In this document: positions 10,067 through 20,015 of the stretch, piece by piece
Numbering within the stretch: position 1 is the first letter of the stretch
Layout of the letters: each line of letters opens with the position of its first letter
NCBI GenBank assembly: GCA_030649055.1
Contig: JAUSGH010000003.1
Coordinates: forward strand, 354 to 64,353
DNA from: a bacterium
GTDB lineage: Bacteria; Patescibacteriota; Minisyncoccia; UBA6257; JAUSGH01
Direction of reading: 5' to 3'
DNA length: 64,000 bases
Made by a program: the position numbers and the translations under genes
The notes under the pieces: model-generated
Seen by the model: only the letters and a program-made list of their open reading frames with translations
What the model was told of the DNA's origin: nothing
Databases searched by the model: none

Positions 10067-10105
10067 AATCAAAAACCAGTCGCCTAAGGCGACTGGTTTT
10101 TGATT
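10067..10105. terminator. Intrinsic terminator after hppA (A/T tracts on both sides)
   Basis: AATCAAAAACCAGTCGCC-TAA-GGCGACTGGTTTTTGATT perfect inverted repeat. Confidence 0.85.
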
Positions 10106-10121
10106 CATTCCACATACTCGT

Positions 10122-12161
10122 CTACACAAACAGCGGAGCAAGTACAAGCGACAGTGTCGCGAGTAATTTAATCAGCACGTGCAATGACGGACCTGCGGTG
10201 TCTTTGAACGGATCGCCAACCGTGTCGCCGGTGACCGCCGCTTTGTGCGCATCAGAGCCCTTGCCGCCGTAATTTCCTTCCTCAATCCACTTCTTCGCGT
10301 TGTCCCACGCGCCACCGGCGTTGTTCAGCGTTGTTGCAAGCAAGATACCGGCAATGGTCGCGACCATCAAAAACCCGGCTTCAGCTTCGGCTTTGAGGGT
10401 CAGACCCACGACAATCGGCATCACAATAACAAGTACACCCGGAAGTACCATTTCCTTTAACGCGCCGCGCGTCGTGATATCAATCGCGGTTGAATAATCC
10501 GGCTTCTCCGTGCCCTGCATAATGCCCGGGTGTTCGCGGAACTGCCGGCGTACTTCGTTGATGATGTAGTACGCAGCTTTGCCGACAGCTCTAATGTTGA
10601 GCGCCGAGAACAAGAATACTAACATTGCGCCAAGCATCGCGCCGACGAACACATCTACCTTTGCAAGATCAACAACTTCCAGACGCACCTCCGTAAGATA
10701 CGCAGAGAACAGCAGGAACGCGGCAAGCGCGGCAGAACCGATGGCGTAGCCCTTTGTTAATGCCTTTGTGGTGTTGCCCGCCGTGTCCAGCTTATCCATC
10801 ACTTTGCGGAAATCACCGGACTCGCCGGAGAGCTCCACAATACCCGCGCCATTGTCGGTGATGGGACCAAAGGTATCCATCGCAAGAATATACGCTGCAG
10901 TCGCGAGCATTCCCATAGTGGCCGCGGCCGTGCCATAAAGCCCGCCGCCGGGAATACCGGACTGTTCACCCAACCAATACGCGCCAAGCAACGCGGAAAC
11001 AATCGCCACAACCGTCATGCCGGTTGACTCCAAACCGACGGAGAAGCCCATAATCACGTTCGTGCCGGAACCGGTCTTTGACGCATCAGCAATGGAAGAA
11101 ACAGGCCGAAAACGCGACTCGGTGTAGTACTGCGTAATGTAGACAAATGCCAAGCTGGTCAAGATTCCCACCATGCCGGCGCCAAAGAACCACAAATACG
11201 ACGCGCCCAAAAGCATTTTCGCCGTAAAGTAAAATGCGATTGCCGCGAGCACCAATGTTACATAGTATCCACGATTTAAGGCCGCCATCGGACTTTCATT
11301 TTCTTTTGCCTTCACCGCGAATATGCCGACAATCGTCGCGATTAAACCGAAGGCGCGAAGCACCAGCGGGAAAATAACACCGCCGACGCCAAAATATGGG
11401 AAGAGCGCCGCGCCAAGAATCATCGCGCCGATATTTTCCGCCGCGGTGGATTCAAAAAGGTCCGCGCCACGTCCGGCGCAGTCACCCACATTGTCACCAA
11501 CGAGGTCCGCGATGACCGCAGGGTTCCTCGGGTCATCTTCCGGAATGCCCGCTTCAACCTTACCCACCAAATCCGCGCCCACATCAGCCGCTTTGGTGTA
11601 AATGCCTCCACCGAGTTGCGCGAAGAGCGCCACGAGCGACGCGCCAAAGCCATAGCCCACAAGCATCGTCGGAATCTTCACTAATTCGTATCCCAAATAT
11701 TTATAAATAAGAAACAATCCGGAAATGCCGAGTAGCGACAAACTCACCACAATCAATCCGGTAATTGCTCCGCCCTTGAACGCCACCTGAAGCGCAGCGT
11801 TAAAACCGTTTTTAGAGGCAGCCGCCGAACGCACATTCGCAGTCGTAGACATCGCCATACCCACGATACCCGCGACGCCCGAAGAAACCGCGCCGAGCGT
11901 AAACGCCAGCAAGGTCTGCCAGCCCGTGGTCACATCCCCATTCACGGCGTAGATAGTAAAAAGGCCGAGTCCCAACGCGACCGAAATCCAGAAAATGGTC
12001 TTATATTGCCGCTTCACGAAAGCATTCGATCCTTCCTTAATAGCAGACGAAATCTTCTGCATGCTCTCCGATCCGGTCGGCTGACGCTTGATCCACACGA
12101 TAAGATACGCGACGAAGATTAACGATAATACGGAAATACCGATTGGCAGGTACTCAATCAT
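10122..12161 (-). CDS. hppA: Membrane-bound ion-translocating pyrophosphatase, K+-independent type
   Basis: GGGIYTKAADVGADLVGKVEAGIPEDDPRN, DNVGDCAG, GNTTKA, GDTVGDPFKDTAGP. Confidence 0.97.
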   Translation of the reverse strand: MIEYLPIGISVLSLIFVAYLIVWIKRQPTGSESMQKISSAIKEGSNAFVKRQYKTIFWISVALGLGLFTIYAVNGDVTTGWQTLLAFTLGAVSSGVAGIVGMAMSTTANVRSAAASKNGFNAALQVAFKGGAITGLIVVSLSLLGISGLFLIYKYLGYELVKIPTMLVGYGFGASLVALFAQLGGGIYTKAADVGADLVGKVEAGIPEDDPRNPAVIADLVGDNVGDCAGRGADLFESTAAENIGAMILGAALFPYFGVGGVIFPLVLRAFGLIATIVGIFAVKAKENESPMAALNRGYYVTLVLAAIAFYFTAKMLLGASYLWFFGAGMVGILTSLAFVYITQYYTESRFRPVSSIADASKTGSGTNVIMGFSVGLESTGMTVVAIVSALLGAYWLGEQSGIPGGGLYGTAAATMGMLATAAYILAMDTFGPITDNGAGIVELSGESGDFRKVMDKLDTAGNTTKALTKGYAIGSAALAAFLLFSAYLTEVRLEVVDLAKVDVFVGAMLGAMLVFLFSALNIRAVGKAAYYIINEVRRQFREHPGIMQGTEKPDYSTAIDITTRGALKEMVLPGVLVIVMPIVVGLTLKAEAEAGFLMVATIAGILLATTLNNAGGAWDNAKKWIEEGNYGGKGSDAHKAAVTGDTVGDPFKDTAGPSLHVLIKLLATLSLVLAPLFV

Positions 12162-12185
12162 AATTTTTTAATAATTAATAATAAC

Positions 12186-13445
12186 CTATTCTTCTTTTTT
12201 CTCTTCCGTCTTCGTGGGAGCAGCTTCCCCGCTCACGCCTTCCGCAACGCCCCCGACGAGCGCCTCGTCCGGTTTTGCTTCCGAACGCACATCGATCTTC
12301 CAGCCCGTCAGTTTTGCCGCGAGCCGCACATTTTGTCCGCCTTTACCGATAGCCAAACTCAACTGGTCATCGGACACATACACGCGCGCCTCATGCCGGT
12401 CATTCACCTCCGCGCGTTGCGCTTTTGCGGGAGAGAGCGCGTTACCGACAAACGTCGCCGCATCTTCAGACCACTCAATGATATCCAATTTTTCCTGTCC
12501 AAGTTCATTAGAAAGCGCCATCACGCGTGTGCCGCGTTGGCCAACGCACGAACCCACCGGATCAACGCCTTGCGCTTTTGACGCAACAGCGACTTTAGTT
12601 CGGCTCCCCGGTTCCCGCGCGATGCCTTTAATCTCCACACTACCATCGGCAACTTCGGGAACTTCAATCGCGAACAACTTGCTGATAAATTTCGGATGCG
12701 CGCGCGAAAGAATAATGCCGGGAAGACGCGCGTCATCTTGCACCGCCAAGACGTAGAAACGGAGCCGCTCGCCGATGCGATAATGCTCATACGGAATCAT
12801 CTCGGCTTGAAACATAACGCCGGTCGTGCGGCCCAAATCCACATATACATTACCGTGCTCCATGCGCTGAACGATACCGCTCACAATTTCACCTTCGCGA
12901 TTCTGAAACTCCTTCAAAATCGAATCTCGCTCCGCTTCCCGCAAGCGCTGTAAAATAACCTGCTTCGCGGTTTGCGCGGCAATGCGGCCGAAGTCCTCGT
13001 GCGGCTCCAATGGAAACAACATTTCCTCGCCTAACTGGATGTCTTTGTTAATTTTCTTCGCCTCATCAATCAAAATGTGTCGGTCGGAATTATAGCGCGG
13101 AAGTTTTTCTTCTTCACCTTCCACGGGCATCTCTACCGGAACTTCGACGGCTTTTACCGCTGCGCCTCTTTCTTTTTTGACTTCGCTCGACTCCTCTAAT
13201 TGCGCCTCATCGTACTTCGTCGTATCAACGGTTGTTTCATCAGCAACGATTTTCACCTGCCAAAACTTCAGGGCGCCGCTCTTGAAATCCAATTTCGCGC
13301 GGACAACTTCCCCGCGCTTTTCGTATTCCTTTTTATATGCCGCGGCGATGGACGATTCAATCGCCTCAATAACACGGGTGGCATCAATGCCTTTTTCCGT
13401 GGATACCTGTTCTACCGCCCTCGCTAAATTTTTTAGATCAATCAT
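12186..13445 (-). CDS. nusA: Transcription termination/antitermination factor NusA
   Basis: FGRIAAQTAKQVI, AREPGSRTKVAV, GSCVGQRG, AIGKGGQNVRLAAKLTGWKIDV. Confidence 0.98.
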   Translation of the reverse strand: MIDLKNLARAVEQVSTEKGIDATRVIEAIESSIAAAYKKEYEKRGEVVRAKLDFKSGALKFWQVKIVADETTVDTTKYDEAQLEESSEVKKERGAAVKAVEVPVEMPVEGEEEKLPRYNSDRHILIDEAKKINKDIQLGEEMLFPLEPHEDFGRIAAQTAKQVILQRLREAERDSILKEFQNREGEIVSGIVQRMEHGNVYVDLGRTTGVMFQAEMIPYEHYRIGERLRFYVLAVQDDARLPGIILSRAHPKFISKLFAIEVPEVADGSVEIKGIAREPGSRTKVAVASKAQGVDPVGSCVGQRGTRVMALSNELGQEKLDIIEWSEDAATFVGNALSPAKAQRAEVNDRHEARVYVSDDQLSLAIGKGGQNVRLAAKLTGWKIDVRSEAKPDEALVGGVAEGVSGEAAPTKTEEKKEE

Positions 13446-13566
13446 ACGTGTAGTAATCACTAATATCGCGAATCGTTCGGCTTAATAACGCGAATAGAAC
13501 GCGCCTGCCGGTATTCGCATTATTTTTAGATCCTCATTTGCGATATTCGTGAACGCTATAATTCGT

Positions 13567-13630
13567 AAAAAGGGGCGCTCACGCGACCCTCAATAGATTC
13601 AACGTAGCATATCAGGTTCTTTTCCGTCAA
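13567..13630 (-). promoter_or_regulatory. nusA promoter with leader terminator hairpin (putative attenuator)
   Basis: TTGACG-N18-TACGTT (TG-extended), then GAGGGTCGC-GTGA-GCGCCCCTTTTT in the leader. Confidence 0.6.
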
Positions 13631-13693
13631 TACAGCGAATACAAAATGAGATCGGGGTTCACGCGCGTGCGTGAACCCCGTCGTTCGCTTGGT

Positions 13694-14002
13694 CTACTCG
13701 CTTTCCGGCTCTGGCTCGTCCGCAGGAACGACCTCCTCGCAGCACTCGGCGACCGCGTCCACATCCTCGCAGTGGTCGGGATGAAAGGATCCGTTCATGA
13801 GAGCGCACTTCGGTGCTCGCGTCTTCACGGGAAAGCACGCGCTCGGAGTCGTGGAGTAGCGAGACTCCTGGAACCACGATCCCTCGCCGTTGAGACGCTT
13901 CCATGCGTTCCTTGTGATGTAGATCTCGGCCATCGGCTCCTCGTCTACCTGGTCCGAATCCGGAACGTAGCCTCCCCGAGGCATCCGCTTCTTCATCGCC
14001 AT
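13694..14002 (-). CDS. Hypothetical acidic protein, Cys-containing
   Basis: GGAGG SD 8 nt before ATG at 14002. Confidence 0.6.
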   Translation of the reverse strand: MAMKKRMPRGGYVPDSDQVDEEPMAEIYITRNAWKRLNGEGSWFQESRYSTTPSACFPVKTRAPKCALMNGSFHPDHCEDVDAVAECCEEVVPADEPEPESE

Positions 14003-14088
14003 CTGACGTACCTCCAATGAACGACAAATCTGTGCTTATAGTATCAACTAAAGCGCCAAACAGTCAACATCGCCACCCTCCTCTGCAT

Positions 14089-14245
14089 CACAACGCCATG
14101 CATAGTGTTGTGAGCGGGTTTGTCGGAGGCGATTCGGCATGGTGTCCCGCTTTTTTTGCGGGACCGAATCGCCGAGACATTGAGGCCTCGCGCGCGCTGG
14201 AGCGCGAGAGTCGGACCCGCGAACAATGCTATGCCGGGCGTTGTG
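14089..14245. repeat. Long imperfect palindrome (MITE/REPIN-like)
   Basis: Ends CACAACGCC-ATGCATAGTGTTG / CAATGCTATGCC-GGGCGTTGTG; internal hairpin GGCGATTCGG...CCGAATCGCC. Confidence 0.65.
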
Positions 14246-14251
14246 TTACAT

Positions 14252-14932
14252 CTACTCCTTCTCTCCGCTAGTCGCTTTCACAAACTCCATAATAAGACCT
14301 GTCAACTTCGGCTCTTTGCCCAACATATTCGTCCCATGACCCGCATGTTCATAGATATGCAAACGCTTTTCTACATCTTTAGGTATTGAAGAAAAAATCT
14401 TCTGGGTCTCGTCGCTATTGCTGTTGTCATCACGCGACGTCACAAAAAACATTCGCGCGGCCGGCTTCAATGCCTCCGCCGCCGGCAGCGTCATAATGCC
14501 GCGATAGTTTGAACCGGCAGAAAGCAGAATTGCCGTCTTGAAGTCCGGATGATCCGCGATGTACTTCAACGCCAAGTTTGCGCCGATGGAAGCACCCATG
14601 AGCACAACCCTATCCACCGCCACACCTTTCGCCAGCAAGTATTTCACCGCCGCGTCCACATCCAAAATACTTTTTTGATGCTCCTCATCAGTATATTTTG
14701 TATAGCCGTTCGGACCGCCTTCCGATTCGCCGTGGCCGCGCAAATCAATGGCGAGTGCGAGATATCCTTCACCGGCAAACCGGAGCGCCAGCTCATCCCA
14801 AGAATCTTTCACCGCCGGCATCATATGCAAAAAAACCACGCCTCCTTTGGGATCAGGAACATCGTAAAATGTCCCGGCGATATCAATGCCGTCCAGCGTC
14901 TTTATGGTCACTGCGACGGGTGTAATGTCCAT
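14252..14932 (-). CDS. Alpha/beta hydrolase
   Basis: IDLRGHGES, nucleophile elbow GASIG, C-terminal GHG. Confidence 0.92.
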   Translation of the reverse strand: MDITPVAVTIKTLDGIDIAGTFYDVPDPKGGVVFLHMMPAVKDSWDELALRFAGEGYLALAIDLRGHGESEGGPNGYTKYTDEEHQKSILDVDAAVKYLLAKGVAVDRVVLMGASIGANLALKYIADHPDFKTAILLSAGSNYRGIMTLPAAEALKPAARMFFVTSRDDNSNSDETQKIFSSIPKDVEKRLHIYEHAGHGTNMLGKEPKLTGLIMEFVKATSGEKE

Positions 14933-14939
14933 ACGGGTG

Positions 14940-15695
14940 CTACCGGAGCTCGTACGTCACGCTCACATTTACTCTAACCTCCTCACTCCCCGGCTCAATC
15001 GTCGGCGCGGGAGCGCCACCATCCGACTTCATTGCCATCGCCTCAAATGAACGAAGATAGATCGGGCCGCCTTGGGACCCTTCGCTAAAGGTGACCACGC
15101 GCCCGATACGGACGCCGTTCTGTCTTGCCATAGCTGCGGCTTTGGAGTACGCGCGATCAAACGCTTCTTCACGCGCCATCACCAGATATTTCTCCGGGTC
15201 TTCAACTTCAAAATTGACGCCTTGGATTTGATTAATGCCAAGAGATGGAAGCTGTCCCAGTATCGGCGATATTTTCGCAAAGTCGCGCAGCTGTACCGAA
15301 ACGGTCTGCGTCAGTGTGTAGCCGGAAATGTAACTCGTACGCTTTTTTTCGTCATAATCATAACGCGGTGAAAGGTTGTACCCGGATGTTTTTATATCTT
15401 TCGCGTCAACATCCTGCGCTTTAATGAAAGCTATCGCGTCATTCATCTTCACCGTGTTGTCGCGCTGAATTACCTCCGGATCCTTGCCTTCAGAAACAAC
15501 AGAAAAGGAAAGTTTTGCGATATCCGGTTCAGCAACAATTTTACCTTCCGCCGAAATAGTTATCGTTCGCGTGATGGGAAGCGAAGCGGTATAACGCCCG
15601 ACGTAATACACCGCGCACCATGTGCCGAACACGATCGTGACAATAAGCGCGACGTCAATCAACACCCAGAAATAATTTTTTGCTTCCTTGATCAT
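14940..15695 (-). CDS. SIMPL domain (DUF541/YggE-like) protein
   Basis: N-terminal TM; TITISAEGKIVAEPDIA, IKTSGYNLSPRY, IEPGSEEVRVNVSVTYEL. Confidence 0.92.
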   Translation of the reverse strand: MIKEAKNYFWVLIDVALIVTIVFGTWCAVYYVGRYTASLPITRTITISAEGKIVAEPDIAKLSFSVVSEGKDPEVIQRDNTVKMNDAIAFIKAQDVDAKDIKTSGYNLSPRYDYDEKKRTSYISGYTLTQTVSVQLRDFAKISPILGQLPSLGINQIQGVNFEVEDPEKYLVMAREEAFDRAYSKAAAMARQNGVRIGRVVTFSEGSQGGPIYLRSFEAMAMKSDGGAPAPTIEPGSEEVRVNVSVTYELR

Positions 15696-15700
15696 GTAAT

Positions 15701-15751
15701 CCTTCGACAGGCTCAGGATATAAATATAATAGTTGGTGAGCTTGTCGAACC
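15701..15751. repeat. Inverted pair of CTGAGCYTGTCGAAG REP-like units
   Basis: CCTTCGACAGGCTCAGG ... GTGAGCTTGTCGAACC; same family at ~21932-21984, 23230, 35830, 41499-41556, 44397, 44990, 46999, 51263, 61754. Confidence 0.85.
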
Positions 15752-15764
15752 ACAACGTAAAACA

Positions 15765-16463
15765 TCAACGATCGGCGGCAATCCCAACGATTGCTTTAAT
15801 TTCCTCCGGTTTCAAACTCGCGCCGCCAACGAGCGCTCCGCCAATTGTTTTTTCCTTTAAAAATCCTGCGGCGTTCGCGGCATTGACCGAACCGCCGTAG
15901 AGTACGGGAATCGGCACAGTGATGCCAAGCCGTTGAATCTCCTCTCCTATATATAGTACCATGTTTACCGCATTTTCCGGAGTATCGGCTGCGGCATTTT
16001 TGTTTGTGCTGATGGCCCAGATGGGCTCATATGCTATAACAATTGACATTTGACTATTAACATTTGACTGGCCCACTCGAGATAAACCGATGCGAAGCTC
16101 GCGGGCGACGACTTCTTTCGCCTGACCGGCATCATGTTCCTCGCGCGATTCGCCGACGCAGAGTACCGGAATAAGTCCGGCATCCACCGCCGTCTTCATT
16201 TTATTCGCAATCATCTCGTCGGTTTCACCGAGCCGCCGCCGATCGGAATGACCGACGATAACATACCGCGCACCAAGCGATGCAAGGTCATCCGAAACAT
16301 CCTGCGCACCGAGCTCCGCGTTTTTCAACTCCTTCCCGACGACTTCCAAAAACGTGGGTGGCGGCGCAATCACAAGCCCCTCAATATCCGTTGCGCGCGC
16401 CAACGCAACCGCTTCTTCAACGGTCGCTGGGTGCATTTTCCAGTTAGCAATTATTAGCTTCAT
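15765..16463 (-). CDS. tpiA: Triosephosphate isomerase
   Basis: ANWKM, VGHSDRR, AYEPIWAI, LYGGSV, GALVGGASL. Confidence 0.96.
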   Translation of the reverse strand: MKLIIANWKMHPATVEEAVALARATDIEGLVIAPPPTFLEVVGKELKNAELGAQDVSDDLASLGARYVIVGHSDRRRLGETDEMIANKMKTAVDAGLIPVLCVGESREEHDAGQAKEVVARELRIGLSRVGQSNVNSQMSIVIAYEPIWAISTNKNAAADTPENAVNMVLYIGEEIQRLGITVPIPVLYGGSVNAANAAGFLKEKTIGGALVGGASLKPEEIKAIVGIAADR

Positions 16464-16569
16464 TAGATTATTAGCTCCGTTAGCTTGTTAGCGCGATCCA
16501 TGCAGCTTTGTTGACCTCAATTATTCTCCATGATACCATGCGTACAGCTCTCGGACAAAGGAGGACACA

Positions 16570-17007
16570 ATGAGTAACTGGCTGAAGGACACAGCGAAGG
16601 AATCGGTGCAACTGGGCAAGTACCTCTCTCTCGGTAGCGCGCTTTTCATTCCCATCCTCCTTACTTATTGGTACTTCACCAACAAGCCCGGGATACGCAC
16701 GGAGGTGAATGAACAGCAACTCTTCGTCGTATGTCTCGCCGGTGTGATGGCCGTAGGCGCGATCCTTCTCACGATTCTGCACGACCTGCACTGGGAAGGG
16801 AGCCGCGCCAAGTACTGGCCGGTGCTTGTGTTCTACGGGAGCACCGTACTCGTGTGGACGGAAGGAGTCCACCTCGTTGCCATCATGCTCGGCGCAACGA
16901 TGACGATCGCACTGCTCTGCATGAAGCTCGACGACTACCTCGCCGCAAGGGGCTGGGGCAGCAAATCCCAGCCACTCGAAAGTCCGGCACACGACGAACT
17001 GCCATAA
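16570..17007 (+). CDS. Hypothetical membrane protein (about 4 TM)
   Basis: AAGGAGG SD, hydrophobic helices, TTGACC...TACCAT promoter-like site, downstream hairpin. Confidence 0.75.
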   Translation: MSNWLKDTAKESVQLGKYLSLGSALFIPILLTYWYFTNKPGIRTEVNEQQLFVVCLAGVMAVGAILLTILHDLHWEGSRAKYWPVLVFYGSTVLVWTEGVHLVAIMLGATMTIALLCMKLDDYLAARGWGSKSQPLESPAHDELP

Positions 17008-17205
17008 ACAGCACAACAAGCGAACCCGCCCCGAGTAGCCAACGGCTACAGGGGCGGCTTCATTTTTATATTTTTACTCATCGCGTACCAATCCTTACTC
17101 TACTAATACGCGGCCGCGTAATAGTAGAGTAACTGATCTATACCTAATAGATTCCGGGTCAAGCCCGGAATGACAAAAGGTGGTTTATGGCGACGCATCG
17201 GAAGA

Positions 17206-17697
17206 CGCCGCGTGTATTTTCCGCAACATATTGGAGCGATGCGTGAAATTCACGAGTAAAGAAATCGCGAAGTCGGAACAATGGCGCTGTGTGAATCCCG
17301 AAGGCCGCCCCGACCGCGGTCGGGGCGAGACAGAGGTTGAGTTCGCCTTATTCCAAGAACCCATCTCAAAAATCCCTCCCAGGCGCGTTTGTAGCGATTT
17401 CCTCGAATCCGCTAGGCGCGAGGAGGAGGTTGTAACCTCTGGGTTACGCCGACGACGAGCAACGCCGCGGGGCGAGGAAATCGCACGAACCCTTCGGGAT
17501 ACGGCCAATTCCAGCGATTCCTTTGTCGCAACTCCCTCGGAGTATCCAGAGGATACACCTTCGGTCGTCGCTCCTCGGACTCGCTGGAATTGACTCGTAT
17601 CGCGACGGGAGGGATTTTTGAGATGGGTTCCAACTTCGCGGTTTTTTACGAGAAAAATTTCCGCGAGCAGAAATCGTTGCGGAAAATACACGCGGCG
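17206..17697. mobile_element. Nested inverted-repeat (MITE-like) composite
   Basis: 22-bp outer IR (17206-17227/17676-17697), 24-bp inner IR (17357-17380/17607-17630), two internal hairpin modules. Confidence 0.8.
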
Positions 17698-17700
17698 ACT

Positions 17701-19569
17701 TCAACTGCCGGGAGCCATCCTGTGCTCGTAGTACCACTGCAATACATCCTTCACAATCGGAATCGTGTTCAAACTCCCCTCTTTTGCGTCTTCAATAAGT
17801 ACAAGGATCGCAAGCTCGGGATTTTCTGCCGGAGCGTAGCCAACAAAGAAGGCATTGGTTTTCGTGTTGTTCTGAATCTGCGCGCTGCCGGTTTTGCCCG
17901 CGACCGTCAATGGTAAATCAGCGAGTTTGTGCGCCGTGCCATAATCCTTTTGCACGGCGGCGTTCATTCCCTGCTGTACTTCGTGGATTTCCGAGACATA
18001 TTCAGAAAAATCCAAAATGTCGCGCGGATGCGCAGACTCCACAATTTCGCCCTTCGCGTCACGAACAGTCTGCATAAGGTATGGCTGTTTCTCGTGTCCG
18101 CCCGCGCCGATAGCACCGATAAAGGAAAGCAGGCGCAGCGGCGTCACCATCATGTCACCCTGGCCGATGCTCACGTTGTACGTATCGCCCACTCTCCACG
18201 GCCTGCCGGTGCGCCGCTCGTGTTCTTCTGGTCCGTAAAAAATGCCGGATGCCTCTCCGGGTAAATCAACGCCGGTGCGGTCGGCAAAACCAAAGTCGCG
18301 CCAATACGATTCAATGCGCGCTACCCCCAATCCCTTCTTGTCACCAAAGCCACCGCCCAGCACATAAAAATAAATGTTACTGGAACGCGCGAGTGCCGAG
18401 TACAAATTCACCCAGCCGTGCGCCTTCCAGTCCAAAAACTTACTCGGATGCGCGGGATCATACGGATTCGCGAGCTCCAAAACGCCGGAAGAAAAAACGG
18501 ATGTTGTGGGGTCAATCACGCCCTCGTGAAGTCCGGCAAGCGCCATCATCGGCTTGATGGTTGAACCCGGGCTATACACGCCGGAAACGGCGCGATTAAA
18601 CAGCGGATGCGCCGCGTCGCGGAGTAAGCGACCCCGCGCGTCATTTTTCCCGGAAAGCGTAAAGAGGTTATCATCATAACTCGGCAAATTCACGAGCGAT
18701 AAAATTTCTCCGGTTTTGGGATTGAGAATGATTCCGACGCCCGCGGTGCGTCCGAGCAGGCGTAAGCCATCACGCATACGACCGTAAAAATATTGCTGCA
18801 GTTCGCCGTCAATCGTTGTTTCCAGCGTATTGCCGGGCGTCGGCTCCATGCTCACGCGCTTTTCAAGCACGTTCCCTCGCACATCGCGCATGATGCGCTC
18901 ATAGCCATCTTCGCCGCGAAGGAGTGTGTCATAAAACGCCTCAAGTCCGTCTTTGCCTTGAATGGTGCGGCCAATATCTCCGATGCCGGTGTAGCCCAGG
19001 AGGTGCGCGAAGGCGGGTCCGTAGAGGTAATTCCGGCGATAATCATTCGCGATCCCGACTGCCGGCTCATTTAATCCTTTAAGTGCGATCGCGGTTTCAA
19101 CCGAAACGCCCTGCTCCAGAAGCAGTTGCGCGCTTCGCTCCAAGTCCGCTAGGCGCACAATATCGCCAATGTCACCCCGAAGCTCATCCGCGGACAATAT
19201 ACCGCGCAAACGTTCAATGAACGTAAGTCTCGCCTCCGGATCCTTTTTTAAAAATTCGGGAACATTCAAAAAAACACTGAAAATCGGTTCGTTGCTAACA
19301 AGCGGAAGACCGGTCCGATCCACAATCACTCCGCGTTGTGCCGGTAATACGGTCTCCTTGCTCGCGTTCCCCGCCGCGCGCGCAACATAAAAATCTCCGC
19401 GCGTGATGTTCAAATAACCGACACGGATAAACATGGCTGTAACGGCAAAAAATGCGACTGCGACAGCGCCGACAAAAACAGAGCGATGCAACGGCAACTC
19501 TAATGACGCAGGACTTCGGCCAAGCCCGTCGAACATCGCTTCTTCAAAATGCAAATCATCGTTTTTCAT
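17701..19569 (-). CDS. mrdA: Penicillin-binding protein 2
   Basis: PGSTIKP (SxxK), SSNIYF (SxN), GKTGSA (KTG); downstream of mreBCD. Confidence 0.95.
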   Translation of the reverse strand: MKNDDLHFEEAMFDGLGRSPASLELPLHRSVFVGAVAVAFFAVTAMFIRVGYLNITRGDFYVARAAGNASKETVLPAQRGVIVDRTGLPLVSNEPIFSVFLNVPEFLKKDPEARLTFIERLRGILSADELRGDIGDIVRLADLERSAQLLLEQGVSVETAIALKGLNEPAVGIANDYRRNYLYGPAFAHLLGYTGIGDIGRTIQGKDGLEAFYDTLLRGEDGYERIMRDVRGNVLEKRVSMEPTPGNTLETTIDGELQQYFYGRMRDGLRLLGRTAGVGIILNPKTGEILSLVNLPSYDDNLFTLSGKNDARGRLLRDAAHPLFNRAVSGVYSPGSTIKPMMALAGLHEGVIDPTTSVFSSGVLELANPYDPAHPSKFLDWKAHGWVNLYSALARSSNIYFYVLGGGFGDKKGLGVARIESYWRDFGFADRTGVDLPGEASGIFYGPEEHERRTGRPWRVGDTYNVSIGQGDMMVTPLRLLSFIGAIGAGGHEKQPYLMQTVRDAKGEIVESAHPRDILDFSEYVSEIHEVQQGMNAAVQKDYGTAHKLADLPLTVAGKTGSAQIQNNTKTNAFFVGYAPAENPELAILVLIEDAKEGSLNTIPIVKDVLQWYYEHRMAPGS

Positions 19570-20011
19570 TAAAATTTTGTATAAGCATCGTGAAAAACAG
19601 CGAAACAAACGCTGTCGTAAGAAGCTCCGTGAGTAGCGCCGCGCGCGCGGAAAACATAACCCGATTCGTCAGCGCGTAAAATCCTGCAACCCCACCGGCA
19701 GAGAGCATCGGATTTAACAACGCCGGGTGCAGCGGCACAAATCGCCGGCCAAGAGAGACGAGGAACGCGACGAGCAACAGCGCAAGCGATGCGCCTTGAA
19801 GCACCGGGATGGTTTTGAGCATCGCCACGGCCGCGATCACCAAAAAACCAACCACCGACGCCGGCACGGCCATAAGCAGCGCCGGAAGTCCTGCCATAAA
19901 AAAGTTTATATTAGCGCCGAACACCGTGAACACATGCGACGATTGCGCGCCGATAGATATAAGGAACAGCGCCGAGAAAAGAATGGTGCGTAATGACGAT
20001 TGAGGGCGCAT
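19556..20011 (-). CDS. mreD: Rod shape-determining protein MreD-like
   Basis: Polytopic membrane protein between mreC and mrdA; called from synteny. Confidence 0.65.
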   Translation of the reverse strand: MRPQSSLRTILFSALFLISIGAQSSHVFTVFGANINFFMAGLPALLMAVPASVVGFLVIAAVAMLKTIPVLQGASLALLLVAFLVSLGRRFVPLHPALLNPMLSAGGVAGFYALTNRVMFSARAALLTELLTTAFVSLFFTMLIQNFNEKR

Positions 20012-20015
20012 ATGA

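Noticed and set aside
17180-17737. ORFs of 73-168 aa over the nested repeat region
   Set aside because: They are translations of palindromic DNA, with no start signals or protein motifs.
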